Below are positions 10,006 through 19,439 of a stretch of DNA of 64,000 nucleotides, piece after piece. Position 1 is the stretch's first letter; each line of letters begins with the position of its first letter. The stretch covers positions 12,456-76,455 of the forward strand of contig CAVSLX010000010.1 in assembly GCA_963728735.1 (NCBI GenBank). Direction: 5' to 3'. The notes under the pieces are model-generated. The model was not told the DNA's origin. It ran no database searches and saw nothing but the letters and a program-made list of their open reading frames with translations. This DNA is from an uncultured Actinomycetes bacterium. GTDB lineage: Bacteria; Actinomycetota; UBA4738; HRBIN12. Position numbers and translations under genes: made by a program.

Positions 10006-10752
10006 ATGAGTAAGCGCGTCTGGGTCGCAGGCAGTCTGTCGGTGGCCCTCGTCCTGACGGTCGTGGCCGTGCTCGCCTCGGCGGCCACCGGTCAGCCGGC
10101 TTCGCCCGCCGGCGGACCGCCCCGCACCATCACGGTGTCGTCGGGCGCCACGATCAGCACGTCCCCGGATGAGGCGGTGATCACCTTCAGCGTGCGCACC
10201 GACAGCCCGTCCAGCGTCACCGCTCTGAACGAGAGCTCCGACATCATGAACGGCGTGCTCGCCGCCATGAAGAACCTCGGGATCACCGAGCGAGACATGG
10301 AGACGACGAACGTGAACGTCTCCCAGCAGACGATCAATCGCGGGACGGCGTTCGAGAGCACGATCTTCGTCTCGACCACCGCGCTCGAGGTGACGATCCA
10401 GGACTTCGATCGGATCGGACGGGCGATCCAAGATGGTGTGAAGGCGGGTGCGACGAGCGTGCGCGGGGTCACGTTCCAGGTTTCCGATCCCGCAGGGGCC
10501 AAGAAGCGTGCACTCGAAGCGGCCGTGCTGAGCGCGCGTGCCAAGGCGGACGCGCTCGCCCAGGCTGCCGGCGCAGCCGTGACGGGCGTCGTGCAGATCC
10601 GCGAGGTCGGGGCGGGCGGGGAGCCTCGTTCCTACCTCGCCAGCCAGGATGAGTTCGCCTACGCCGGGTTCGCGAGCGACAAGCTGTCGGTCGTGCCTCC
10701 GCGCGACATCGACACGGAGGTCTCGATCACGGTGATCTGGAGCATCAGCTAA
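10006..10752 (+). CDS. SIMPL (DUF541) domain secreted protein
   Basis: SD GGGAGG lies before ATG 10006. Signal/TM segment, then ITVSSGATISTSPDEAVITFSVRT..GITERDMETTNVNVSQ, the typical SIMPL pattern. Confidence 0.7.
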   Translation: MSKRVWVAGSLSVALVLTVVAVLASAATGQPASPAGGPPRTITVSSGATISTSPDEAVITFSVRTDSPSSVTALNESSDIMNGVLAAMKNLGITERDMETTNVNVSQQTINRGTAFESTIFVSTTALEVTIQDFDRIGRAIQDGVKAGATSVRGVTFQVSDPAGAKKRALEAAVLSARAKADALAQAAGAAVTGVVQIREVGAGGEPRSYLASQDEFAYAGFASDKLSVVPPRDIDTEVSITVIWSIS

Positions 10753-10768
10753 CCCGACGCCACGCTGT

Positions 10769-11077
10769 CTAGCGATCTGGCCAGCGATCTGGGACGAGCG
10801 GTCTCGGCTCGCTGCGGCTCGCTGCCGGCACACGGGTCACCACCGGAACACCTTGCTGGGCAAGGGTGCCCTGCAGCACCGTCGCGACCTCGTGCGCGAA
10901 CGAGGTGCTCCAACCCGGGCCTTCGAGCAGGATCAGATCAGCGTCCGCGACGTAGCCGCTCAGCGTGTCGAGCAACCGCTCCCATCCGATCGCGGACGGG
11001 GGCCGTTCAACCCAGACGTGGACGGTGCCTTCATCGGGGTGTACGACCCAGCGAGGGCTCCTTGACGTCGCGCCCAT
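10769..11077 (-). CDS. Small hypothetical protein, paralogous to the C-terminal domain of the upstream MFS transporter
   Basis: 102 aa with its own leaderless -10 box. By-eye similarity to residues ~460-535 of the 11206-12882 product. Confidence 0.5.
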   Translation of the reverse strand: MGATSRSPRWVVHPDEGTVHVWVERPPSAIGWERLLDTLSGYVADADLILLEGPGWSTSFAHEVATVLQGTLAQQGVPVVTRVPAASRSEPRPLVPDRWPDR

Positions 11078-11083
11078 ACCTCG

Positions 11084-11089
11084 ACGCTA
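11084..11089 (-). promoter_or_regulatory. -10 box TAGCGT, 6 nt upstream of ATG 11077 (leaderless)
   Basis: Minus strand reads TAGCGT-cgaggt-ATG. Confidence 0.45.
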
Positions 11090-11205
11090 CCTATCGAGTG
11101 GCCGCAGGGACCTCGTTCCTTCGTCGGTTCTCGGAACCGGCTGTTCTCCCGACATCCGCAGGAGGATCCGGATTAGGTCCAACGGCCTCTCAGCACCGTG
11201 CGTGC

Positions 11206-12882
11206 CTATCCGGCTCGAGAGTGGGCGGCATCGACGGTCGCGAGTTGAGCCGTTGCTGATCGCCCGTCTCCTCGATGGACGATGACGCCGCGCTCGACCA
11301 TCATCGCCCAGATCCCCTCGAGGGCACTGTGGGAAAGGGTGGAGCCGGCCGGGAGCCGCACGGGCAGCACCACCGCCATCACCTGCTGATCCAGGCTCGA
11401 TTCGAGCTCCCCGACGAGACGCGGCCAGTCGCTCGGCACCAGAGGCCATCGCAGGTCGAGGGTCACCACGTCGTGATGGCGGGACAACACCCACGGCGTG
11501 TCGATCGAGAGCCAGTCGGGCCACGAACCGATCCCCGGCAGGAACGATGGCCGCACGGCCGCCTCTTTGATCACGTCTTCGGACCCGACCGACGAAGGAG
11601 CAGCGTCATGGGGTCTGGCCGCCGCGGGGGGGAGGAGGAAGGACGCTCCGACGCCGACGAGCGTGAAGGCGATGCCGATCACCCGAAGTCCGTTCGTGGG
11701 CGAGACCGCAGCAAGGAATGCCGCGGCTGCGACTCCCAAGAAGTAGGCCGATTCCTGTCCAGCCTCGATCGTCGAAACCACCCGGCCACGGTACGCATCG
11801 GGGGTCCGCTCCTGGATCAGGCTCTCGTAGGACACGTTCGTGATGCCGCACATCAACCCGGCGACACCCCAGAGCGCCGCGACCGACCAGACGTTGCCGC
11901 TCTGGCTGCCGATCAGCACGCAGGCACCCGCGAGCGCGACGGCAAGCGGGATGACGCGGTCTCTCGGAAGGAACCGGATCAACGGCGGCGTCGAGAAGCA
12001 GCCAACCAGCATCCCTCCGCCCCATGCCGTCGTGAGGATCGCAAGGGCGGCCGCCCGCGCCGCCTGGGTTTCACCGGCCGGGACGAGCACATCCCGGACG
12101 AAGACGATCTGCACGGTCGCTTGCGCTCCCGCCACGGCAACCACCGCGCACATCACGACCATGATCGCGACGGCGAGGCGTGAACGACGAAGATGACCGA
12201 ACCCCGCGACGAGGTCGCGGGCAAGCATCCCCGGCGTCACTCGTCCCTCTCGAGGCCGCTGTCGGTTGGCGAAGGTGGTCCGGGCGATGAGGACGGCCGA
12301 GACCAGGAAGGAGGCCGCGTTGAGAGCGAACGCGACTCCGACCCCGAAGCCCGCGATCACGAGCGCGCCGACAGCTGGGCCGGCCATGATGCCCGCGTAG
12401 AACGTCCCGCCCACGATCGCGTTTGCCGTGACCACGTCCTTCTCGTCGACGACCGTCGGCAGACACGCGGCCAAGCTGGGCTCGAACAGCGCCCCCGCGC
12501 TTCCGAGGATCGCCGCGACGATGCCCAGGTGGAACATCGACGGGGGGGCGACGAGGAGGCTCGCGACGGCGACGAATCGCACGACGTCGGAGAGCACCAT
12601 GACGTGCTTGCGGCTGAACCGATCCGCTACCGGCCCCGCGATCAGGAGGCCGACCACCGCCGCGGTGCCGGCTTGGACGGACAAGATCAAGGCGATGGCG
12701 CGGGCAAGCGAAGCTCCGGACAGCTGGTCCGTCACGACGCTCGCGACGGCCACCGAGTAGGCGTACGTGCCGAGGCTGGACACGACCTGCCCCATCCACA
12801 GGAGACGGAAGTCACGGACTCCCAACACCCGTGAATAGGTCGTGCGCTGCCACCAGCCCGCCACCACGCGAGCGTCCGTCAT
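11206..12882 (-). CDS. MFS transporter (EntS/MFS_3-like) with a ~130-aa C-terminal soluble extension
   Basis: Start at MTDARVV (ATG 12882). 12 TM pattern over ~420 aa, then a hydrophilic tail. The ORF-track N-terminal extension to 14502 is Arg-rich antisense noise. Confidence 0.8.
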   Translation of the reverse strand: MTDARVVAGWWQRTTYSRVLGVRDFRLLWMGQVVSSLGTYAYSVAVASVVTDQLSGASLARAIALILSVQAGTAAVVGLLIAGPVADRFSRKHVMVLSDVVRFVAVASLLVAPPSMFHLGIVAAILGSAGALFEPSLAACLPTVVDEKDVVTANAIVGGTFYAGIMAGPAVGALVIAGFGVGVAFALNAASFLVSAVLIARTTFANRQRPREGRVTPGMLARDLVAGFGHLRRSRLAVAIMVVMCAVVAVAGAQATVQIVFVRDVLVPAGETQAARAAALAILTTAWGGGMLVGCFSTPPLIRFLPRDRVIPLAVALAGACVLIGSQSGNVWSVAALWGVAGLMCGITNVSYESLIQERTPDAYRGRVVSTIEAGQESAYFLGVAAAAFLAAVSPTNGLRVIGIAFTLVGVGASFLLPPAAARPHDAAPSSVGSEDVIKEAAVRPSFLPGIGSWPDWLSIDTPWVLSRHHDVVTLDLRWPLVPSDWPRLVGELESSLDQQVMAVVLPVRLPAGSTLSHSALEGIWAMMVERGVIVHRGDGRSATAQLATVDAAHSRAG

Positions 12883-12987
12883 GTCGGTCCGATCATGTGT
12901 GGACGTCCAAGGGGGTCGGAAGGCATCCTCCGCCCCAACACCGTTGTCACCTTCGTATCGGTGCCCTTCCGGGAAACCTGAAGGCTC

Positions 12988-12993
12988 TAGACT
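12988..12993 (+). promoter_or_regulatory. -10 box TAGACT, 6 nt upstream of GTG 13000 (leaderless)
   Basis: TAGACT-tcgcgc-GTG with no SD. Confidence 0.55.
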
Positions 12994-12999
12994 TCGCGC

Positions 13000-14439
13000 G
13001 TGAGCGACGACCTGCCCGATCCGTCGACGGACAACGGCGGCGTCGATGCGGCGGCGCCCGCGCGGTGGCGAGAGGTGTTCCGGGGCCGCCGCGGCCGGCT
13101 CACCGCCGGATTGCTCCTGCTCGAAGCCCTGGTCGGGATGCACTCCCTCGTGGTCGCGACGATCCTGCCGGACGTCCGGCGGGACCTCGGGATGGTGCAG
13201 CTCTACGGGCTCGTGTTCACGACGTCGAGCCTCGCGACGATCGCGGCGATCCCGGTGGTCGGCCGCGCCGTGGACCGGTTCGGGACGCGAGCCGTGTTGC
13301 TGCCGGTACTCGCGTCGTTCGTCGCCGGCCTGCTCGTGTCGGCGACCGCTCCGGCGATGCCGGTCGTGCTCGTCGGGCAGTTCTTCCAGGGGATCGGTGC
13401 CGGCGGGGTGTACGCGCTGTCGGTCGGGACGATCGCGAAGACCTACCCCGACCGGCTCCGGCCTCGGGTACTCGCGTTGCTCGCGACGATGTGGATCCTG
13501 CCCGGCTTGGTCGGTCCGCCGGTCGGGGCCACGATCGCGAGCACGGTCGGGTGGCGATGGGCCTTCCTCGCGCCGATCCCGTTGGTGGTTGCGAGCTGGA
13601 TCCTGATCACGCCGGTCCTCGACCTCGTGCCGACCAGCGCGCGCGCCGGCGCCGCCCTTGCGCTCCGCTGGCCGTTGCAGCTGATGATCGGTGCCGGCCT
13701 CGTGTTCGCGTCGCTCACGACGGTGGCGTGGTGGGTGCCCCTGCCGGTCGCGGTCGGCATCGCGATCGGCGTGCCGGCGGTGCGCCACATCACGCCGCCC
13801 GGGACCTTCCGCGCGGTGCCGGGGATCGCGGCCACCGCCGCGGCGATGTTCCTGCTGTCGGTGTCGTTCATTGCGATGGACGCGTTCCTGACGCTGATGC
13901 TGACCCGCGTACGCGGGATCTCGCTCGGGGAAGCGGGTCTCGCGATCACGCTCGCGACGGTCGCATGGGCGGGTGGCGCACTCTGGCAGTCGAACCGCGC
14001 GGAGCGTCGCCCGCTCTCCTGGCTCGTCCGCGTCGGCGCCGTCCTGCTCGCGGCCGGCCAACTCGGCGTCGCGGCGACGCTGTGGGGCCAGGTGCCGCTC
14101 GCCGCCGCCTACGTGGGGTGGGGTGTGGTCGGCTTCGGCATGGGCGTCGCCTTCTCGACGATCCCGCTCGCGGCGATGCGCGTGTCGGCGGTGGGGGAGG
14201 AGAGCGAGGAGATGTCCGGTGTCCTGTTGATGGACATGCTCGGGATGGCGACCGGCGCGGGCCTCGGCGGCGCCGCGATCGCGGTGTCCGATGCGCTCGA
14301 GGCACCCCTGCGGGCGGGGATCGGCGGGGCGTTCGCACTCGCGATCGTGGGCGCCGTCGCGCTCGTGGCGCTGACGCCCCGCATCCCGTCGGGACCGTCC
14401 GGCAGGGCGTTGGTCTCGAAGACGGACGCGGCCGGGTGA
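13000..14439 (+). CDS. MFS transporter
   Basis: 479 aa, 12-14 TM pattern. Motif-A-like GRAVDRFGTR after TM2. Confidence 0.8.
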   Translation: MSDDLPDPSTDNGGVDAAAPARWREVFRGRRGRLTAGLLLLEALVGMHSLVVATILPDVRRDLGMVQLYGLVFTTSSLATIAAIPVVGRAVDRFGTRAVLLPVLASFVAGLLVSATAPAMPVVLVGQFFQGIGAGGVYALSVGTIAKTYPDRLRPRVLALLATMWILPGLVGPPVGATIASTVGWRWAFLAPIPLVVASWILITPVLDLVPTSARAGAALALRWPLQLMIGAGLVFASLTTVAWWVPLPVAVGIAIGVPAVRHITPPGTFRAVPGIAATAAAMFLLSVSFIAMDAFLTLMLTRVRGISLGEAGLAITLATVAWAGGALWQSNRAERRPLSWLVRVGAVLLAAGQLGVAATLWGQVPLAAAYVGWGVVGFGMGVAFSTIPLAAMRVSAVGEESEEMSGVLLMDMLGMATGAGLGGAAIAVSDALEAPLRAGIGGAFALAIVGAVALVALTPRIPSGPSGRALVSKTDAAG

Positions 14440-14504
14440 GCGAGGCCCCCGGCGGAACACCGCCCGCCGCATCCGGGTTGAAGCCCGCGATGGAGCCACC
14501 AACG

Positions 14505-16109
14505 ATGACCAAGGCTCGCGCGCGCGGCACGATGGTCGCGGTCGTCCTGGGCTCCGCGATCGTCTTCCTCGACACGTCGGTCGTGAACCTCGCGCTGCCT
14601 CGGATCGGCGCGGAGCTCGAGTCGGACCTGTTCGGCACCCTCGAGGCGCAGTCCTACGTCGCGTACGGCTACTTCGTGACGTTGTCGGCGTTGCTGATCC
14701 TCGCCGGTGCGCTCACCGACTCCCTCGGTCGCCGCCGGATGTTCGCCGCCGGGCTGATGGGCTTCGCCGCCACCTCGCTCCTGTGCGGCGTCGCGCCGAC
14801 GATGGAGATCTTGATCGTCGCGCGCGTCCTGCAGGGAGCCGCGGGGGCGCTCGTCGTTCCGGGCTCGCTGTCGATCATCACGGCGAGCTTCGCCGACGAG
14901 GAGCGCGGTCGCGCGTTCGGTATCTGGGCGGGCGCCTCGGCCGCGACGTCGATCATCGGGCCGCTCGTCGGCGGCCTCCTCGTGAACACGGTCTCGTGGC
15001 GAGCCGCGTTCCTCATCAACCTTCCGTTCCTCGCGGTGGCGCTGTTCGCGACGCTCCGCTACGTCCCGGAGTCTCGCGATGACGACGCGACCGGACGCTT
15101 CGACTGGCTCGGCTCGATCGTGATCGCGCTCGCGGTCGGCGGGCTCGCTTTCGGAACGATCCGCGGGCAGCAGCAGGGCTGGGGCGAGCCCGTCGCGATC
15201 GTGAGCTTGGCCGTGGGGGCCGTGTGCGCGGTGGCGTTCCCGATCCTGATGGTGACGCGGCGCGACCCGCTCGTGCCCCCGAAGCTGTTCCGCTCCCGGA
15301 ACTTCACCGTCACGAACCTCTCGACCCTCGTGATCTACGGCGCCCTGTACGTGTCGCTCACGTTCCAGGGCATCTTCCTGATCGGCACGCTCGGCTACAA
15401 CGAGCAGGCGGCCGGTCTCGCGGGCGTCCCCGCGACGTTGCTCCTCGTGCTGTTCTCGACGCGGTTCGGCAAGCTCGCCGCGCGACACGGGCCGCGCTGG
15501 TACATGGCGATCGGCCCGGCCGTGATGGCGCTGGGCACACTCTGGTTCACCCGGGTGCCGTCGTCGAGCGAGCCGTGGGTGCTCGGCACGGGGGAGGGGC
15601 GGTCGCTACTGCCGCCGGGCGACTACGTCGTGCACCTGCTCCCCGGGCTGATCGTGTTCGGCCTCGGCCTCATGATCATGGTCGCGCCGCTCACGACGGC
15701 CCTCATGACGTCGGTGCCATCGAGCAAGGCAGGCGTCGCGTCGGCCATCAACAACGCGATCTCGCGCGTCGGCTCGCCTCTCATCACGGCGGTGATCTTC
15801 GTGGCGGTCGCCTCCAGCTTCTACGCGTCGATCTCTCGGCAGGTGCCGAACGCCGACGTCGACGATCCGCGATTCCGGGCCGACGTGGCGCCGCTCAACG
15901 AACCTCCCGCCGATGTGTCCGGCGAGCTCCGGATCGCCGCGCGCGAGGCGTCGACCGACGCCTTCCACCTGGCGATGTTCGTCTCGGCGGGGTTGCTCCT
16001 CGTCGGCGCCACGATCAACGGCGTCGGCATCCGCAACCCGGAGCCCGAGGGTCGTCAGCCAGGTCCGGCCACCGAGCAGGCGTCGGGCCCCGTCGCCGAC
16101 CAGGGCTGA
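14505..16109 (+). CDS. MFS transporter, DHA2 (EmrB/QacA-like, 14-TMS) drug-efflux family
   Basis: Motifs LDTSVVNLALPRI, LTDSLGRRRMF, RVLQGAAGALVVPGSLSII. ATG 14505 has GGAG 9 nt upstream; ATG 14490 is an alternative start. Confidence 0.85.
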   Translation: MTKARARGTMVAVVLGSAIVFLDTSVVNLALPRIGAELESDLFGTLEAQSYVAYGYFVTLSALLILAGALTDSLGRRRMFAAGLMGFAATSLLCGVAPTMEILIVARVLQGAAGALVVPGSLSIITASFADEERGRAFGIWAGASAATSIIGPLVGGLLVNTVSWRAAFLINLPFLAVALFATLRYVPESRDDDATGRFDWLGSIVIALAVGGLAFGTIRGQQQGWGEPVAIVSLAVGAVCAVAFPILMVTRRDPLVPPKLFRSRNFTVTNLSTLVIYGALYVSLTFQGIFLIGTLGYNEQAAGLAGVPATLLLVLFSTRFGKLAARHGPRWYMAIGPAVMALGTLWFTRVPSSSEPWVLGTGEGRSLLPPGDYVVHLLPGLIVFGLGLMIMVAPLTTALMTSVPSSKAGVASAINNAISRVGSPLITAVIFVAVASSFYASISRQVPNADVDDPRFRADVAPLNEPPADVSGELRIAAREASTDAFHLAMFVSAGLLLVGATINGVGIRNPEPEGRQPGPATEQASGPVADQG

Positions 16110-16116
16110 CGCTCGG

Positions 16117-17547
16117 TCAGATGCAACCGATCGGCTCGGTGCTGCGTGGCCAGCGTTCCCACGTGCCGCCGGCGTCGGGGTCGCCGTTGACGACGTAGAC
16201 GGCCTCGTCGACGTCGCTGGGCGCGACCCACAGCTCCCAGTCGCCTCGGTGGTAGCCGGTCGCCGCCGCGTCGTCGGGGAGGCGTGTTCCCGACTCGAAC
16301 GGGGCCGACATGAGCCCGGCCAGGACTTCGTGCGGATCGCGAACGTATTGCCGCGTCTCACCGGAGTCGGTCGTCGTGGTGCCAAGTGGCCACGCGAGGT
16401 GCAGGAACGTGACCGAGGTCAAGCCGCAATGGTCGGCCCCTTCCAGCGTGTGGATCGTGAGGGCGTAGTCGTTCCCGCGGTCCGTGCCGTCGGCGAGGGG
16501 GTTGCCCTGCTCGTCGGTCCACGGACCCTCGACGGCCTCGGCCACGGGGTCCTCGGCACCGGGGCGGAGCGTCACGGGGATGCGCACGGTATGGAGGTGC
16601 TTGCCGTCCTCGGCGCTTTCCTCGAACACGACGATCTGGCCGGGTTGCGGCGTGCCGACGGAGTAGGGGACCTCGACCGAGAAGTCGCCGCGGCATCCGT
16701 TGCCGCACGTGGCGGTCGCGAAGGTGCTGGCGATGCGGTTGCCCATGCCGTCGACGATCCAGATCGTGACGGTTCCTTCGAACACGTCGGCGGTGCCGGC
16801 GATCGTCACCGGCGACGTCACCACGGCGTCGCGTGCCGGCGTCGTGACCTCGATCGGGGCAAGGGTGCCGGGCTCGAGAGCCGGGGACTCCTCGGGAGCC
16901 ACCGACCTCGATCGGGAAGTAGTACGGTGGGGGAGCCCTGCTCCCAAACCGGCGTGAACGCCATGACGTACCGGCCGGGCTCGCTCGGAAGGACCGTCGA
17001 GCCGGTCTCGACGATCGAGCGGCCGATCTCGGTGAACGCGATAGGTGCCCGGCTCGAGGAGCGAGCCGGTGACGCGATCCGCGTCGCCCTCAATCTGCAT
17101 CGTCGCCGATGCGGGCACCGGGACGTGGTCCTCGTCGCGGAACTCCGGCGCGAGGGTATCCGCGTTCATCTGACTGTTCCCGGACGTCCACGAGAACGAC
17201 GTGATCACGCCGTCCACGGTGGCATCGCCGGCGGTCATCGTGGCGCTCGGGTGCGAGCTGTCGTTCGTCTCGATCACCTCGAAGGTCACGACCACGTCGG
17301 CCGGCAGGGGCGTCGCATCGCCGATCCCGACCCTCGGATCGTCCCGGCCGAACGCGCCGAGCGCGAGCGCGACGGCGACGCCGAACACGGCGAACGCCAC
17401 GGCCCCCGCGGCGACCCGCCGCTGCCAGGGCGGCTGCCCGACGGTGTCGGGCACGTCCCCGAGCGGCTCCATCGTTCCCGCTCGGTGCCACACGTCGGGC
17501 GGGTCGATCCGGTCGAGCGACCGCAGTCGCTGCTTCGCGTCACGCAT
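16117..17547 (-). CDS. Membrane-anchored Gmad2 (Ig-like) domain protein co-transcribed with the ECF sigma factor; putative anti-sigma or associated factor
   Basis: ATG overlaps the sigma stop (ATGCGTGA). Short cytoplasmic N-terminus, one TM segment, Gmad2-like VTSPVTIAGTADVFEGTVTIWIVDGMGNRIAS. An internal ~45-codon stretch (16900-17042) reads better in the other two frames. Confidence 0.65.
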   Translation of the reverse strand: MRDAKQRLRSLDRIDPPDVWHRAGTMEPLGDVPDTVGQPPWQRRVAAGAVAFAVFGVAVALALGAFGRDDPRVGIGDATPLPADVVVTFEVIETNDSSHPSATMTAGDATVDGVITSFSWTSGNSQMNADTLAPEFRDEDHVPVPASATMQIEGDADRVTGSLLEPGTYRVHRDRPLDRRDRLDGPSERARPVRHGVHAGLGAGLPHRTTSRSRSVAPEESPALEPGTLAPIEVTTPARDAVVTSPVTIAGTADVFEGTVTIWIVDGMGNRIASTFATATCGNGCRGDFSVEVPYSVGTPQPGQIVVFEESAEDGKHLHTVRIPVTLRPGAEDPVAEAVEGPWTDEQGNPLADGTDRGNDYALTIHTLEGADHCGLTSVTFLHLAWPLGTTTTDSGETRQYVRDPHEVLAGLMSAPFESGTRLPDDAAATGYHRGDWELWVAPSDVDEAVYVVNGDPDAGGTWERWPRSTEPIGCI

Positions 17548-18016
17548 CGGTGTCCTCCAGCAGGGTTCGCAGGCGGCGTCGCGCCTGGCTCAGATGGACG
17601 TGCACGGTGGCCCGCGAGCAGCCGAGCGCGTCGGCGACCTCGCTCGTGGGCCGGTCGGCGTAGTCGTGCAGGACGATCGCGAGCCGCTGGTTCGGAGACA
17701 GGGTCCGCAGCGCGACCACGAGCTCCGGCACCGGATGCGGCATCTCGTAGGACCCCGGTACCGGCGTCACGTGCGCCGCGCGCCGCCTCAGCTCGGCCGC
17801 GGCGAGCCGGAACGCCACCCGCCACGTCCAGGCCGCGAGATCGCGGATCGCGGCCTGGTCGCGGAGCGCCCGGGCGAACGCCTCGGCGGCCGCGTCGCTC
17901 GCGATGTCGGCATCGCCCGCGTACCCGTAGAGGGAACGCCACATCTTCGGGAACTCGGAGCGGTAGACCGCCTCGACCCGCGCCTGCCGCTCGTCCACGA
18001 CCGCATCCTGCATCAC
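17540..18016 (-). CDS. ECF-type RNA polymerase sigma factor
   Basis: Region 2 (ASDAAAEAFARAL) and region 4 HTH (LSPNQRLAIVLHDYADRPTSEVADALGCSRATVHVHLSQARRRL). The start may be ATG 18013. Confidence 0.8.
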   Translation of the reverse strand: MMQDAVVDERQARVEAVYRSEFPKMWRSLYGYAGDADIASDAAAEAFARALRDQAAIRDLAAWTWRVAFRLAAAELRRRAAHVTPVPGSYEMPHPVPELVVALRTLSPNQRLAIVLHDYADRPTSEVADALGCSRATVHVHLSQARRRLRTLLEDTDA

Positions 18017-18112
18017 ACCCGAACAGAGCGGTGGAGGCTCGAGAACCTGTAGGGCCCGCGGGGCTTGGTGGCAGCGAGAAGCCGGGTCCCGACGGGTGTA
18101 GGTTCGCCGTGG

Positions 18113-19285
18113 ATGGACGTCATGCGACGACGGCGCGCGGTTCCACTCGTGCTGGGACTGGTCGTGCTCACCGCCTGCACCCAGGCCGACGAGACACCGC
18201 CGCCCTCCTCATCGGCCTCCACGTCGTCGCCGTCGATCTCGCCGGAGCCGGCGACGACGCTCGCCTCGGGCGAACCGCTTCCCGAAGGATGCGACACCGC
18301 TCGTGTACGACCGGCGCAGACCGTCGCGTTCGTCGCCGGAGGACGCGCCTGGGCGCTCGACCCGGTCGCCGGCACGCTGACCTGTCTCGCTGAGGTCGCC
18401 GACGCCGGACCGTTCGCGTGGGGACCGCAGGGCGACCGCGTCGTGCTCGACGGGCTCGAGGTCCTGGGCTTCTCCGCGGACGCTCCGTCGCTCGACGCGA
18501 TCGGCGCGACGCCCGCCGCCTTCGATTGGGGGCACCCGCTCGGCCTCTCGATCGTGTTCGCCGAAGCCGACGCGAAGATCCCCGACAAGCGGTACATGGA
18601 CGACGGCCGGGTCGATCGACTGCCCGACATGCCGCGCGGTACCTACATCGACATCGCGTATCACCCCAGCGGCCTCGCGCTCGCCTTCGCGATCGAGCAG
18701 CACGGTGAGCAGTCGATCTGGATCTCGACGAACGAGGGTGAAGATCCGGAGCGCCTCGTCTTCTCCCAGGGCGGGACGACGTTCAGCTCGGTCGCGTTCT
18801 CCGCCGACGGCAAGCGGCTCGTGTGGACCGCCCAGCACCTGAACAGCTACCCGCAGATCCACTGGATGGCCCTCACGGATCGCTCGGGGTTCATCGATCA
18901 CTGGCGCGGCGACGACGGCCACGAGGCGACGAACCTGCTGCTCGCACCCGGGAGCCCGCTGATGGCGGTCGACGACGGCGGAGCCTGCGACGATCGGGCC
19001 GCGATGGTGGTCCTGAGCCCGAGCGTGGCTCGCCCGGCGCTGCCCGACGAAACGCGTCCGACCCACGCCGTCGGCTGGCTCGATCGCACGACGCTGCTCG
19101 TCGCGGCCGGGGGGTGCGACGACCCGCTCGACCTCTTCTCGGTTGACGTCACCGACGAGGTGGTGGCCGACCTCGTGACCGGCGTCGACGTCGCCGCGTC
19201 GAGAGCATCGGCGCCACCCGGCCCCGATTCCGTGCCGATCCCGCCCCAGACCGCGCCGCCGGCGCCGCCTGAAGGCGTCGGCTGA
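18113..19285 (+). CDS. Lipoprotein with TolB/PD40-like beta-propeller repeats
   Basis: Lipobox VVLTACT, Ser/Pro linker, repeated DG..L.W/ ..AFS.DG motifs. Confidence 0.6.
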   Translation: MDVMRRRRAVPLVLGLVVLTACTQADETPPPSSSASTSSPSISPEPATTLASGEPLPEGCDTARVRPAQTVAFVAGGRAWALDPVAGTLTCLAEVADAGPFAWGPQGDRVVLDGLEVLGFSADAPSLDAIGATPAAFDWGHPLGLSIVFAEADAKIPDKRYMDDGRVDRLPDMPRGTYIDIAYHPSGLALAFAIEQHGEQSIWISTNEGEDPERLVFSQGGTTFSSVAFSADGKRLVWTAQHLNSYPQIHWMALTDRSGFIDHWRGDDGHEATNLLLAPGSPLMAVDDGGACDDRAAMVVLSPSVARPALPDETRPTHAVGWLDRTTLLVAAGGCDDPLDLFSVDVTDEVVADLVTGVDVAASRASAPPGPDSVPIPPQTAPPAPPEGVG

Positions 19286-19439
19286 TAGCCCTCGGAGGGC
19301 GGCCGGTCGGCCGCCCGACGCATCAGCCGGAACATCCGAGCCCCCGGCGCGGTCTCCTTCCCGACGGCCGAGATCAGCCCTGCGATCCAGCTGGGGATCC
19401 GGCCCGTGATCAACCCGCGATCAAGGGGAGGCGGCACCT

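Noticed and set aside
11206-16109. The very long ORFs 11206-14502 (-) and 12831-16109 (+) taken at face value (about 1100 aa each).
   Set aside because: Only the C-terminal parts (MFS transporters from 12882 and 14505) are protein-like. The N-terminal extensions are Arg-rich and antisense to real genes.
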